Shown one piece after another: positions 32,796 through 44,802 of a stretch of DNA of 64,000 nucleotides. The notes under the pieces were generated by a model that saw nothing but the letters and a program-made list of their open reading frames with translations, had not been told where the DNA came from and did no database searches. Location of the stretch: positions 156,612,001-156,676,000 of the forward strand of contig OZ038378.1 of the NCBI GenBank assembly GCA_964036045.1. Reading direction: 5' to 3'. The position numbers and the translations under genes were made by a program. The stretch comes from Eutreptiella sp. 'Long Island Sound 2002' (lineage: Eukaryota; Protista; Euglenida). Every line of letters begins with the position of its first letter. Position 1 is the first letter of the stretch.

Positions 32796-34879
32796 CTGGG
32801 CGACACAAGGGGAGCACAGTCTACACTTGGCACAAGGCCGTGAAACCAAATGGAGGGTTGGGGCATCTATACTGAACAGCGGGAGTGCACCCAGGCCGGA
32901 CCCAGCATTGGCACCACCATATCATCACTTGGCCCTCCAACACCAGTGGCGAGCTCGAGGGCCTTCAAGGAGGGGCAAGCACATTGACGCTGATGGCTAT
33001 GCAGTGGGATACCTGGTGTTTCGGCTTGCACATTGTGGAACAACAAGTAGGAGAGGGCGATCAGGGATGCCCACATGAATGACCCTGCCGCGAGGAGGGA
33101 AATCGAAACGTCACGCATCGGAAGGAGAAAAATATGCGCAGGCACACGACACGTTCCAAGGCACAACCAATAAAGATAGGGTTATACAACAGGAACACTT
33201 GCGACTTGCAACACGGCGTGATCAAAGATGACGAGAAACCATCTAAACGCATTCACAGCACGGGCACCATGCACCCATCATGTCAACACGGCCCTCATCT
33301 TTAGCTTCATCTCTGGTGAGCCTAACCGGGCACATTAAGACGGCAACCAAACAGTGTGTCGCGGCGGGCATGGCCACTGCTTCCTGATTAGTGAAGGCGG
33401 ACCGTAAGCGACGAACTACCGGGGACATGCTGATTGCCATTACCACAGCTGTGCCCGCATGGATGGCAGGAAAAACACGGTGGTGGTGGTGTTCGGCACG
33501 TTTACATGCGCCTTTGCTAACGGTCGTAAAGAAGGACCAGGAAGTGCTCTTCGGAACAGAAAGCGCCTCACACAGCCGCGAGCTTGCCACTTGGTACAAA
33601 ATCCCAGGCTATGGCAGTGATGAGTATTGGTAGCCTCCACTGGGGGTTGTGACATGGGTGCGAGCCATTTCATGTGTCTCCGTGGGTGCCTTCGTGACTT
33701 CGTGCCTTTGTGACTGCGAAGAGGAAGCATGAAAGGGTGTGACGATACACGGAACGATTGGTAATCCCCAACACATAAGTGCACCCAACTAACGAAAAAC
33801 CGAAGGCATAGGTAGTCCTGATGCCTCCATCGAGTTACTTCACCAGCACACGTGCTCCTTGAGCCGAATGTAAATTACACTTCGCCATTTCTGCACCTGC
33901 TGCGAAGCATCCCCTTCAAGGCCCACGTGATGCAGATAGGAGACCCCTGATGAGCGCACCCCTGGGACCTGCAACCTGCGTAAGGGTCTCGAGGCGAGGA
34001 GAGTACTATGGGGGCGTTTTCGCACAGCGCAAGCCACAGCGCCAATATTACGTTGTTTACCCCGGGAACACCCCTCAAAACCACCCCCCTGCAGAAGGAT
34101 GCATGATCAATTCAAAACAGCATCAGGTGCAGAATTCAGGACCCTGGGACCCATGGCAAGCAGTAGCCTAAAAAAAAAAACCCCCTGTGTACCAGCAGGG
34201 GCTGTGGGGTGCAGAATTCAGGACCCTGGGATCCGTGGCTACCGGCGGTGGAAAACAGCCGACTTTTCGCACAGCGCGCGCACAGCGCACGGTGCGCCCC
34301 CTATAATGCACCTCAACTCCCAGAGTGCCACATAAATTGCTGCTCGTGCTCGCCGTTTGCAACTGCATGAAAGCTTCTCAAGACCGTCTTCCTAAGGGCC
34401 ACCGTGGCAGGCGCCTAATTTATTGACGCAACACAATACAAAACCCACCACCAACAGACGCAGGGTGGTCGGGGTAACCATAACATTTTGTGCTTTGCAC
34501 ATGTCCATCACTTCCATAATTGACACAATCGCTATACGTGGTGCACCCCTTTGTACTTGCATCGAGCGGTGGTGGAACAGACCCGGGAGTGTGAGTGCTT
34601 CGGAGTTTGGGAATCTCCCACAACATAAAGTTTGGTAGACAAGCCTGGCACCGCATGATCCTGTCATTGACAAGACACCGTTGTGTGCAATGGCCATGGC
34701 CATACCCATGGCCGTAGCCATGGGCAAAGGCTATGGTCATGTACACAGGCACTATCTCACCAACCTTGTGTTCAGAAGGGCATAAAAACCCTTTTGCAGG
34801 AGCAAGGTCTCACGGCTTTGGGACCCCGCAAAGACACCAAAACTCTTTTTCCTACATAAGCTCTAGGTTTGGATGCTTT

Positions 34880-35330
34880 CTTTAGGTGGTTTTTGGCGGT
34901 TGCGGTGTGGGGCTTTGTTAGAAAAAACGGGGCCCACATGGGAAACCGCGTTTGACGACATTATGTCAAACTTCCACCACCATAGGACACCTTGAGCAAT
35001 GTGAAAGCAAGGCAGGACACAGAAACTAGACTGCATACACAATACACCAGCATTGCACCACAACTCAAAGACATCTTGAAAGGATGGGAATATTGGGAAA
35101 ATCTAACTCAAAACAATTGAGGCAGCTGAGGCAAAAAGAAGTGTAGTATTTTTCTAAGTACACAAACAGATTTGGATCGCCGTGAAAAGGTCCTTTTTTA
35201 GGTTGCTTTTGTTAATTTGAGTGAAGAAGGAATGCACCTTCACATCCTCCACCAACTTCAAGGATTTTTTCAAGTCGAACAACACAATTCCGCAAGCAAT
35301 ACCTCGTCAATGGGGCATCACATGTGTTTC
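34880..35330 (+). pseudogene. Possible highly decayed Harbinger/ISL2EU-type DDE transposase remnant
   Basis: Fragments across frames (GAL..G.TWETA; LEQC..GH; KDFFKSNNTIPQAIPRQWGI) in the expected order. Many stops and frameshifts; weak call. Confidence 0.25.
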
Positions 35331-35717
35331 AAATGGTGTTTGCCGTAAATCTAAACAATCACTCGTGTGGCATGCAGCCTCGCCTTGTTTCGCCCAGGCT
35401 TTACATTTTCACTCGTTTTAGTCAGCAAATACAATTTCTCACGTGGCCACAGAGGTGGCCTCAATCGCCATGCCAGTGCATGTGGCTGTGTTAAAGAATT
35501 ACACCCCTTGTGAGGAGGATCTTTCATTTTGGTGGCTGTGCTGCCGGTGGTCGTGCTAGTTTCATGCTCATGGTGCTGTGCGTGTGTGGCCCTGTTTTCG
35601 TGTGTGTCATGTTCTGTGATCCGTGTGTAGGTGCCTCCCCTAGACCATACTATGGAGATACCCCCCCCCCTTGTATAAGCTACGCCAATGTACACCTACG
35701 CCTACTGTAGCTTGGAC

Positions 35718-35812
35718 AAGGGCGTAGCTTATCTGCAGAGCGGTGGAGAGTCCAGCAATACGTCCCCACCGACAGACGTATGCCCTCATCAAGTATCGTG
35801 CGGCGCAGCCGC
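35718..35812 (+). repeat. ~95-bp direct repeat flanking the LINE; partner at 42197-42291
   Basis: AAGGGCGTAGCTTATCTGCAGAGCGG...GCCGC with 4 mismatches between copies, three of them in the last ~15 bp. Confidence 0.9.
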
Positions 35813-35857
35813 TGGCCAATATCGGAGATGGCGCCGTCAGGCGCCAACACAATGTGC

Positions 35858-38800
35858 TCAGAGTTCCAGAAAGGCGCCGCCAGGCGCCAGCACAGATGGC
35901 TCGGACCTCCTGCCCCTCTTCCTGGGATTATCACTGACATCCGTACTGTAATCCTCGCTGTCCACCCACCGCTGTGAGTCCAAACTCGCAGACGTCCCTG
36001 CCGAATCCCCCTCCCCAAGCAGGCTCCCCGTGCTAAACGAATAGCCGCTGTCGCTGGCTTCCCCCTCCCCTGAAGACATCTCCTCGAGCCCCAACTCCTC
36101 CCACTGCTGCTCCAGGCGACGTCGTTTCGGGGGGGACTCTTCATTATAGGGATGCAGCGGCCTCCCTTGCTCTGCCAGCTGATCGGCCTCTTCATTCCCC
36201 GCCACCCCCAAGTGGGACGGCACCCACCGCACCTGGAGTCGATCCCCTGCGAGCTCCCGCTCTGCCAGGACCGCCATCCAGAGTTCCTTGTGCTCTACCT
36301 CCCTCCCTGAGACCCTCCACTGGTGGCGCTGCCATTTGCTGGACCACTGCGTGATCCCTTTGAAAACATACTCTGAATCCAATACCACTACCATGCGCTC
36401 CTCCCACTGTCGATTGCGGACAGCGTGCAGAACTCCCCTGAGTTCTGCCCTGCTCACACTTTGCTTCTCCCCCAGGGGGACGAAATCTGAGGCGTTTCGC
36501 AGCGAATTTGGTCCGTACCAGGCCCCAAACCCTGCCTGCGCCCAGCCCCTGACCACTTTCGCTGACCCGTCTGTGTACACTACCGTCCACCCCTCCCCTG
36601 CCATAGTCTCCAGCTCTGCCACCACCTTGGTTTTGTACGCACCCCACTTCGCCTCTTTCGCCTGTAGCTTATCCACCTGAGGCCTCCCTCCAACTGTGGT
36701 TGGCTGCTGGGGTGGCCCCTGAAAGATCCCCGGCATTGCCGGGTTGTCAAACCATCCATCCAGGACTTTGATGAATAAAAACAGATCACGCCGAGGCACA
36801 GACATGTTGGATTCGGCGCGCCAGCGCCGCAGAACCCCTGCCCACCCTGCAATAAACTCGTCCAGCGTCGCTGGCTGGTGCTGGTATTTCGCCCTGCACC
36901 GAAGGTTCCATTGAGCCTTTAATCCCGCCCACAGCAACAAACCCTGGGTGGAGGTTAAAGAGAGCAGCGGGAAATCCCTCAGCAATCGACTGGGCTCCAC
37001 CTTCACCCCTCCCGATTCCACCAGCCCAAACGCCTTTCGCACTGTACTCTGCATAAAGGCGCCGAACATACAATGGCGGAAAACGTGTTCGTGGTCTTCC
37101 ACCCTCCCATCCAGCGGGCACAGCTTGCCCCCCAGCCTTTCCATGCGCGTTCCCAGCGGTAACTTTCGCCATAGGGCGCGGCATACAAAATCCCGGTCCC
37201 ATTTTGGCAAAAACAGTTGCCCAAACGTCTGCCACACTTCCGGTGGCTGTCGCGGCTCATGCCGCCGCTTGTGCTGCATATACAGCAGCATTTTTCGCGT
37301 AACCCAATTGTGCACCCATCGCCCCAACTCTGGACCCACGTACTGCGGCTGGGCCGCCGGAGGCGGCGACAACAGTCGGTGTACTCCCTCAAGGTACACC
37401 CCCTGCCATGTGGGCGCAATGCAGTCATACAAGCTCAGGGGTATGCCCCCCCCCTCCACCAGATCCACCCACCGCAGCACTCCTTTTTTCAGCAGAGCCG
37501 GACAATGGTAAGTCAGATGGAAGGAGTTTGCAAACAGGGAATTATGCCAAACCGGCATCAGGGGCAGCCTCGCCGTGGGGGGGGCGGGGGGGGGCAGCTC
37601 CCCCCCACCTTCGTACCGCCGATTAACTCTTCAGCGAACCCTGCAAGAAGGAGGGCACCGACAGCGGCAGCGGGCTCATCTGAAAAAACGGCAGGAATTC
37701 CTCATCAAACAGCATCCCCTGCGCCCCCGCCCACCTGCGGAAAGGCCCCACGTGTCGCTCTGGAAAACGCGACGGTCTCTGCACATACTGAGCGAAAGTG
37801 TGGCTGTGGGTCCACTGCGCGTACGAGGACAGGCTCGCCTGCCCCAAACCCCCCTCCCGGGGGGGCCGCACCAAAATCGACATCGTTAAGTCCCACGTGC
37901 TGATTCCCAGCGGCGTCCGATGCACCATGTCCATCTGTGAGCACACATGCTGGGATGGTTGGTACGCCCTGGCTGTTAAATAGCACACTGGTGCCACCCA
38001 GGACGCAAACAAAAAGGCTTTTTCTTCTAGTCCCGGCGGCAATGCCGCCATTGCCCTGGCACGCAGGAGCATCCGCGCAATGACTCTCGCGTATGCCGCG
38101 TCGGACGTGATGTTGCCTAGCTGCACCCCTAAGTATCTTATGTTCTTTTTCACGATCACCCCCGCCACTGTCTCCGGTTGGGGGTCCAGCCCCGGACTCT
38201 TCAGAATTGCATATGTTTTTTGAGTGTTCACCTGGAGCCCGGAAAAAATTCCAAATACCCTCAGTCTGTACATCACCACCCGCAGGTCTCTTCGGTGCTG
38301 CAAACCACATCCTGGTACGCAGAACAGAATGTCATCCGCATAAAGCAGGATCTGCACATCCACGTGCAGGGATTTGATGTCATAAATGAGAAAAACAGTA
38401 ATCACATCAAACAGCAGCGGGGACAGTGGGTCCCCCTGCCGAATCCCTGACCTAGGGTGCAAAAACACTGACGGCTCAAACGTGCGACCCACGCAGAAAA
38501 GTACTGGCGCCGCCATCACAGACAATAGCAGTTTCACGTACTGTTCCTGCAGCCCCAAAAACCGCACTGACGCTTCCATCATTGTAAACGTCACCGAGTC
38601 ATACGCCTTACGAAAATCTACTGCCACCATAATTTGCTTGGGGAGCCGCTCCCACTCTGACCGTGCATACACAATGTGGTCTACCATGTGCCGTCCCGGT
38701 AAAAAACCCTTCTGCTCTGGGGGAATCAGCTGCTGCAATGCATCAATTGTTTGGAGCATAATTATTGTGGACATCCACTTCAGGCACGCATTTTGTAGTG

Positions 38801-40469
38801 CCAGGGGGCGCAGATCTTCTGGCTTCTCTGCCCCTGCAAACTTCGGCAAGCACTTTAAAAGCGACGTGCCCCAACTGTCCGGGACCCCCCCCCTAGCCAA
38901 GAAAACGCGCATGACGTCATGCAGCTTAGGTGCAAAGACATCCGGCATCGACTGGTACACCTCCGCTGGGATGCCGTCCATCCCCGGGGCCGAACCCCTT
39001 TTCATCCGTTCGAGCCCTGCCATCACTATTTCCTCATTTAACTCCCTAAACAACAGAGGCATCGCCTGCCGCACTCTCTGGGGTATAGGCAAAGACTCAA
39101 TATATCGCTGGCACTCTTCAATCCCACGTCCCCCCCCTCCCATCACCCCCCCCCCCAGAACTCTTGTAGGCAACATGCTACTGCTGCGGGGGCCTCGTGA
39201 AGCACTCCCGCCCGGTCCCGTACTTTCGTTAAATACTGCCGCTCGCGCAGCTGTCGTACCAGCTCAAAGATGTGTGTGCGGCGCTCCGACTGTCGCCGGC
39301 TCCTCTCTTCCCTAGGCAGCAGTTGCGACCGCAACTTTGACACCATTCTCTCTTGGAATTCCTCGTGTTTCTCCTGCGACTGCAGTCGCACCAGCCGTTG
39401 GTATGCCGCAGACACTGTGGGCTCTTCATAGCCCAGGTCTTGCAAAAACTCACCCGCACCCGGCGCAAGTCGCACCGGTGTGCTCTCCCGCACAAGAGCC
39501 TGCAGCTGTGTGAAACCCACTGCTAGGTGCTCCCGTCTCCAGCTCACTGCCTCATCCCGCAACAGCACCCGCACGTTGTCCCACCAGGCCTCTGAGTCTG
39601 GGCATGCAACCGCCTGCAGCTTCTCGTGTAGCGCCGCAAGCGCTTCCGGATCCTCCAGCAACTCCAACGGGAACCGAAAGCGAGGGCGATCCCCGTGATC
39701 TTCCACAGGTCCGAGCTGCGCCACTACCGCCTTGTGGTCAGCCGGGGTGGCCACTGTATACACCGACCGCAAATGATGCAGTGCTTGTGTGGGCAAATGT
39801 ACTCGATCTATCGGTCGTTCCTCTCTAGTGAACCCCCGCACATCCTCGCGCCGTTCCCCATGTAAATGCACACACGCATCCTGCAACGCCCAAGCACCTA
39901 GGACTGATCCTTCCACTTTCCTTGCTGACACCACTGTCGATATTTCTTTGCCCGGAGTCCACTCCCGGGACCATAATACTGTTATGATCCGCCAGGACCA
40001 CCATCGGGAGTGGCGGCATCGCCTGCAGCTTGCTCTCCAGGCGCTCCCACTGTTGTCGACGCTGACTGGGGTCGCACGAGAAATGTCCTGTCAGGACCCG
40101 CAGGTCCCCTCCCGCCTTTGCCCGCATATGTGAGATCAGAAACCGCTGGCCCATGGCCACGGACGAGACATGCTCCCACTTGGACTCCCGCCAAACAAGG
40201 CCTGAAGAGCCTTTATCCGACTGGTCCAACTGTCGATTGAAATTCGCCGCAAATCCATTTTTGCGCAGCCACCAAGTCTGCGCATCAAGCACCCCTTGGT
40301 CATGCAGGTGTGTTTCCTGCAGTCCCAGCAGGTCAATGTTATGCTTTTTGACGAGTCTCATCACCGAGGCTCGCCGAGGCTCGCTGCGACGCGATTCCCG
40401 CGGTCGTCGGAGCCATCCGTTGACATTCAGCGACCCAAATGCCGTCCTCAGGGACGGCCAGTGGCTCAT
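35858..40469 (-). CDS. LINE ORF2: APE endonuclease - reverse transcriptase - zinc finger - RNase H (3 frameshifts, 1 internal stop)
   Basis: APE: SLNVNG, GLQETH, VLADHNS, IDRVH, DHKAV. RT: GSAPGMDG, LRPLALQN, VDFRKAYDSV, GIRQGDPLSP, LYADD, RYLG. Zinc finger: LCPLDGRVEDHEHVFRHC. RNase H: YTDGS, RAEL, DSEYV, WVPSH..NEEAD. Frameshifts near 39945, 39150 and 37590 (in or next to A/G runs); TAA at 37623-37625. Confidence 0.9.
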
Positions 40470-40486
40470 TACGCTCGCGATTGCTA

Positions 40487-42164
40487 CTAGTCGCCGCGTT
40501 TACGTTTGAATACCTTGAGCGCACCCACATCGCTGTCGTTGAAATCCATCGGGTCGGACGCCCTGTCCGCAGGCGGAGCCCCTTTTCCACCTCCCTTGCC
40601 GCCTTTGCCCCCGCGTCCCTGAATCGAGGCCTTCCGCGACATGTACTCTTGCCGTGAAATGGGCACTATGAGCGTTGAAGACTGCGCCGCCTGCAATACC
40701 TTACCAACCAGCTGTCCAGCCTTCGGTCCAGTCAGCATCCAAGTTTTTGAGCGTATGTCCCCCACATGAAAGCGACAGCGGTCCAGCACAAAATTATCCT
40801 GGTCTGTGCCTTGCGTCAGGAGCACTTGTCGAAGGACTGTGTCCCGCCAGTACGGCGGCACATTCGTCAGAAAGACGCTTTCGCACGGCCCCCATGCCTC
40901 TGGGGTCCCGCTGGCCACCGTGACTGACGATGCTGCCACGCCGGTCATTTGCTGACCTGACTGCTCGTCCCGCAGCTCCAGCCCCAAGTCCTGGAGCCAG
41001 TCTGCCATTTTCTGTCGCGTGAACGTATAGCCTTTCTTAGATAGACCAACTCGAATGCGCTTGGCATGCATGATTTGGGCAGCAAAGTGTTTGCCTGACA
41101 TGATGTCTCCTAAATCCCAGAACGCCGCCATTACGTATGAGAAAAAATACTTCAGATGTTTGGGCTGGAAATCCTTGGACATCGTTATCTCCACGCGGTG
41201 TTCGGCCGTGCCGACGGCCTCTCCCGTGTACCACTTAAGGGGCAGCAGCGCAAATCGCGGATAGCGACCAAACGTCTCCACCACTCCTTTAGCCTGAGCG
41301 AGGCCTGTCTCCAGGTAGAGATACCGATTGCTCGCGGTATCCACCCCCGGACATATGACTGCTATATTCTTGTCTATGTCCATATATGTCATCAGCTCAT
41401 CCTCCCAGGCAAACCCATACTGTATAATCAGCATTGGGTAATCAATTTCAGGGTCAGGGAACAACAGACCATCAGCATTTTCCCCCGGGAGCCGCAGACT
41501 TACCATTTTGTAGTATACCAAGGCCGACTCCATTCGTGAACGGTGTGTGGATGTTGCAACCCACACGTCGTAGGACTGAGCTTTCGCCACAAAGCCCACC
41601 AGGCTGTCGCACTGCCCCACACGCACCGGGACGAACGGCAGCTTGTCTTTCAACTTTATAGCCGCCATCAAGAACTCCGAGCTCTCCACTTTGGTTGATT
41701 TTTTTGTACAGGACTAGGTCAAGCCGCCCAAGAGTCGTCAAAAGTTTCATCAGCTTATGTACGTATTCCAAGAAAACCGGCATGTCCTCGCCATCAGCCT
41801 CACCCACCAGTAGTAGATTAGGGCTGGCGCCATGAAACAGCGTACGCATACGCTCAACAGTGTTCACGTCATCCAAGACAGAAAACTTGACTGAACCATT
41901 ATCGACATCAGGGATGCCCCCATGCAGCCAGAACTCGTTCTGCAGGACGAAATCCGGCGGCTGTAGCGGCGTCATAGAAACAAGCTGCTGAGACTCAGCA
42001 GCGGGAAGCACCGGCTCTCCGGTGGTGCAATGCGTAGCCATATGATCCTTGGCACTGCCGCGGCCTTTGGATCGCTGGCTCATCCTATTCTCCCGCAAGA
42101 CGACACAGGGAGGAGGGGAAAGAGAGGGTACAGACAAAGCAGGTGGGTGCGTTTGCTCACTCAC
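40487..42164 (-). CDS. LINE ORF1 (~560 aa once one extra A in the run near 41700 is removed)
   Basis: Track ORFs 41472-42164 and 40487-41689 join as ...LVLYKKSTKVESSEFLM.... Ends 17 nt before the ORF2 ATG. C-terminal SVFLTNVP (RRM-like) and GRGGKGGKGGGKG; no CCHC knuckle seen. Confidence 0.7.
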
Positions 42165-43327
42165 AGAGAGCGATGGACATCATATTAGCACCCACGAAGG
42201 GCGTAGCTTATCTGCAGAGCGGTGGAAAGTCCAGCAATACGTCCCCACCGACAGACGTATGCCCTCATCAAGTATCACGCGGCGGAGCCGCGACACAAGG
42301 GCGTAGCTTATACAAGGGGGGGGGGTACACCGGTACGGGTCAGTGTGTCAGTAGCATAGACAAGATCTCGGCCCTACTGTGCCCAGCAGTTAGGCTGCCA
42401 GCAGGCCCACATCTCTAGGCCCAGCCCCTCACCTTGCCCAAGGGCAGCAGTGCCAGACTCCACACCCCGGCGTTGCACACCCCACGCACTGCGGCCGGGC
42501 GTGAGCCTCACGCGTCCATGTACTTCTAAGCCACTTTCTGTGTTTTGGCCGACGTGTTGGGGGGGAGACCACGTTGCTGTCCATGGGCCCTACGGAGGCT
42601 GGTCTTCCCGAGCAGAAGCGGTCTGCTCTGATCCTGCAAAGAATCCACGACAAAATACTGTGTTCTTCCCCTTACCCCTGTTTTTCCGCAGGCACTTCCT
42701 CCCTCCTTCGCCCATTTGCTTCCCCTGTCTGCCTGTCTTGGTTCTTTCGACCCACTGTCGCCTGCTCTGCCACCGCATCGCCTTGACAGGGGAGGCATAC
42801 ACACGGGCCACACAACATGGCACAAACAAAGAGAGGAGCACACGCACAAGCGCCACACCAGCACAACCACCGGCAGCACCGCCGGCGCCACCCCTGTACA
42901 CTGCCTACCCCCTGCCGCCTTGGGGCCACAGCCAAAGAGAAAGTGGGTTGTGTCTGCATATACTATGGGGACAGGCTTGAGGCGCTCAATCATAGTGTGC
43001 TCTCGGGTAAAGAACGTTTTTGGCATTTTGGGTGGCTGTTGTGGTCCACTGTGGGCCCGGGAGTGAAGGGGTGACATTCGGTTTAGATACCAGCCTTGTG
43101 AGCGCTTGCAGGCCAGGGACCATTGCCGTCTCAGAAAACGAGTGCGTTGGGCTGCATATCCCATGCTGTCTTGAGGGCACACTCAAAAGGGGTGATAAAG
43201 GGGGTTTTCACACACACACACACCCAAAGGGAAGGAAAAACCCCCCCAGAGCACCAAAATGGCCAAAAAAAGGCCTGGGGTGGGGTGGGAGGGCCAGGGT
43301 ATCACCTCGACCACCCTGAAACCGTCA

Positions 43328-43467
43328 GTGGCATACCCCAGCCTCAAGCCCCTCGGTGCATGGGTGCAGGACCTGGAGGCCAGGTGTGCGGGATTCCCGC
43401 ACTTTGCACGCTGCGGTCTGCGGGGCACTGGGCTGAGGGGGGCAGCAGAAAGCAGCGATCGCCGTGC
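43328..43467 (+). repeat. 140-bp direct repeat (3' half of the dynein exon plus intron); partner at 44747-44886
   Basis: One mismatch between the copies. Confidence 0.9.
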
Positions 43468-44677
43468 GAAACCACCCCTGGGCATGCAACAACAGTATTC
43501 CCAAACCACAACATCCACAAGCAGCAAACCACAAAGACATCAAGCTCCGGCAATGCTTTGGCCACCAGAAAGGTGCAGCAAGTTAGCGTGCGGCAAACAT
43601 CCAACGATGTGCGGGAGACCCAAAAGATTGTCATGCATTTGTTGGAAAGACGTTTCGAATTGACACGATGATCAGCAAAACGTCAGGGCACCTGGCGTCA
43701 GAATTTGTGGCGCTCTGCCAAACAAGAGGCCACAGCTTGCCAGACACCAGCTGTGACAGCACCATTGCCCCTGTTACCAAGAGCTGGTGGTAGTATTTTG
43801 CACTGGGTTGACCAAACGTCACCATGCGCGTCTTTTCGGACTACTTCCCCGGGAAACACCTGACTTCCTCCTCCGTGGAACGCCTGCGGGTGACATGCAT
43901 TCCCGCAAAATCCAAAAATCTCAATCCTCAGTGATCCACCGATGCCAGTGTTCTGCCCAACGGTCCTTACTCTTCAGCCCCCCTCCCCAGCCATGTCATG
44001 CAGCCGTGCCCTCTGGTCCATGGCCCTTGAATCCCCCTCCTCTGGACCACGCTCTTTCCGGAATGACAGGCAGGGCGTTGCAGATTCCGGCAACATTCCT
44101 TTGAAGGGGTGCCAGACACAATGCACCAAAGGCCAGATCTAATCGGTGACCAGTGAAAGGGGCTGGTCGAAGTGGCGGTGCGGTTCGGGTCATTCAAGGA
44201 TCGGGCCCATCGGTGGGAAAGGGCAAAGAAACGGCCGTGGGTCAGGTCCAGTCGGTTGCTCTGTGGAAAAGCGGCCCGAGAACAAAGGGCAGCAAGTGTG
44301 GCACGCCGCAGATGCTTCCGCATGCAGGCGGTCTGCCCACACCCCGACGGACGGGTGGAGGCATGTGGTGCCCTGCAGCTGCTGAAGAAGTCCTGAATAT
44401 AAAGCCCCGTTGTACAGGAGTCGTCCACCGTTTGGGTCTGGGTCACGCGCTGCGGCGGGCGATGGCGGTTAATGGCAACGGAGCACCAGAAGGGGACAAG
44501 AACTACACTTGTCCTGCTTCCACTGCACAAGGGGTCACATAGCGTACACACCAACGGATGCGGCTGCGGGGCAATGCCCAAACTGCACCCCATCCCCCAA
44601 CGCTGCGGAAGAATGCCCCAAGACGTGAGATCAGAACGATTGGGCTCTGCTGGCGACAACACGAACCCCTTCCCTAG

Positions 44678-44802
44678 GCCTGACGGTGTCGTCCGAGACG
44701 CTGGGCGCCATGTTTCAGGACGTCCTGCATAACCGCGTGCCGGACGGTGGCATACCCCAGCCTCAAGCCCCTCGGTGCATGGGTGCAGGACCTGGAGGCC
44801 AG
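44678..44802 (+). pseudogene. Isolated axonemal dynein heavy-chain exon (C-terminal region), frameshifted
   Basis: CCCTAG| GLTVSSETLGAMFQDVLHNRVPD / VAYPSLKPLGAWVQDLEAR |GTGTGC matches the dynein pattern GLVVMSxxLxxxxxxLxxNxVPxxWxxxAYPSLKPLxxWVxDL. The xWxx residues are missing and the frame shifts at 44746. Confidence 0.75.

Larger units (their letters stand above)
35661..42325. mobile_element. Composite element: TA-flanked MITE with perfect 26-bp TIRs carrying a full-length LINE
   Basis: Left C10-TTGTATAAGCTACGCC (35661-35686); right GGCGTAGCTTATACAA-G10 (42300-42325). TA at 35659-60 and 42326-27. Confidence 0.85.
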
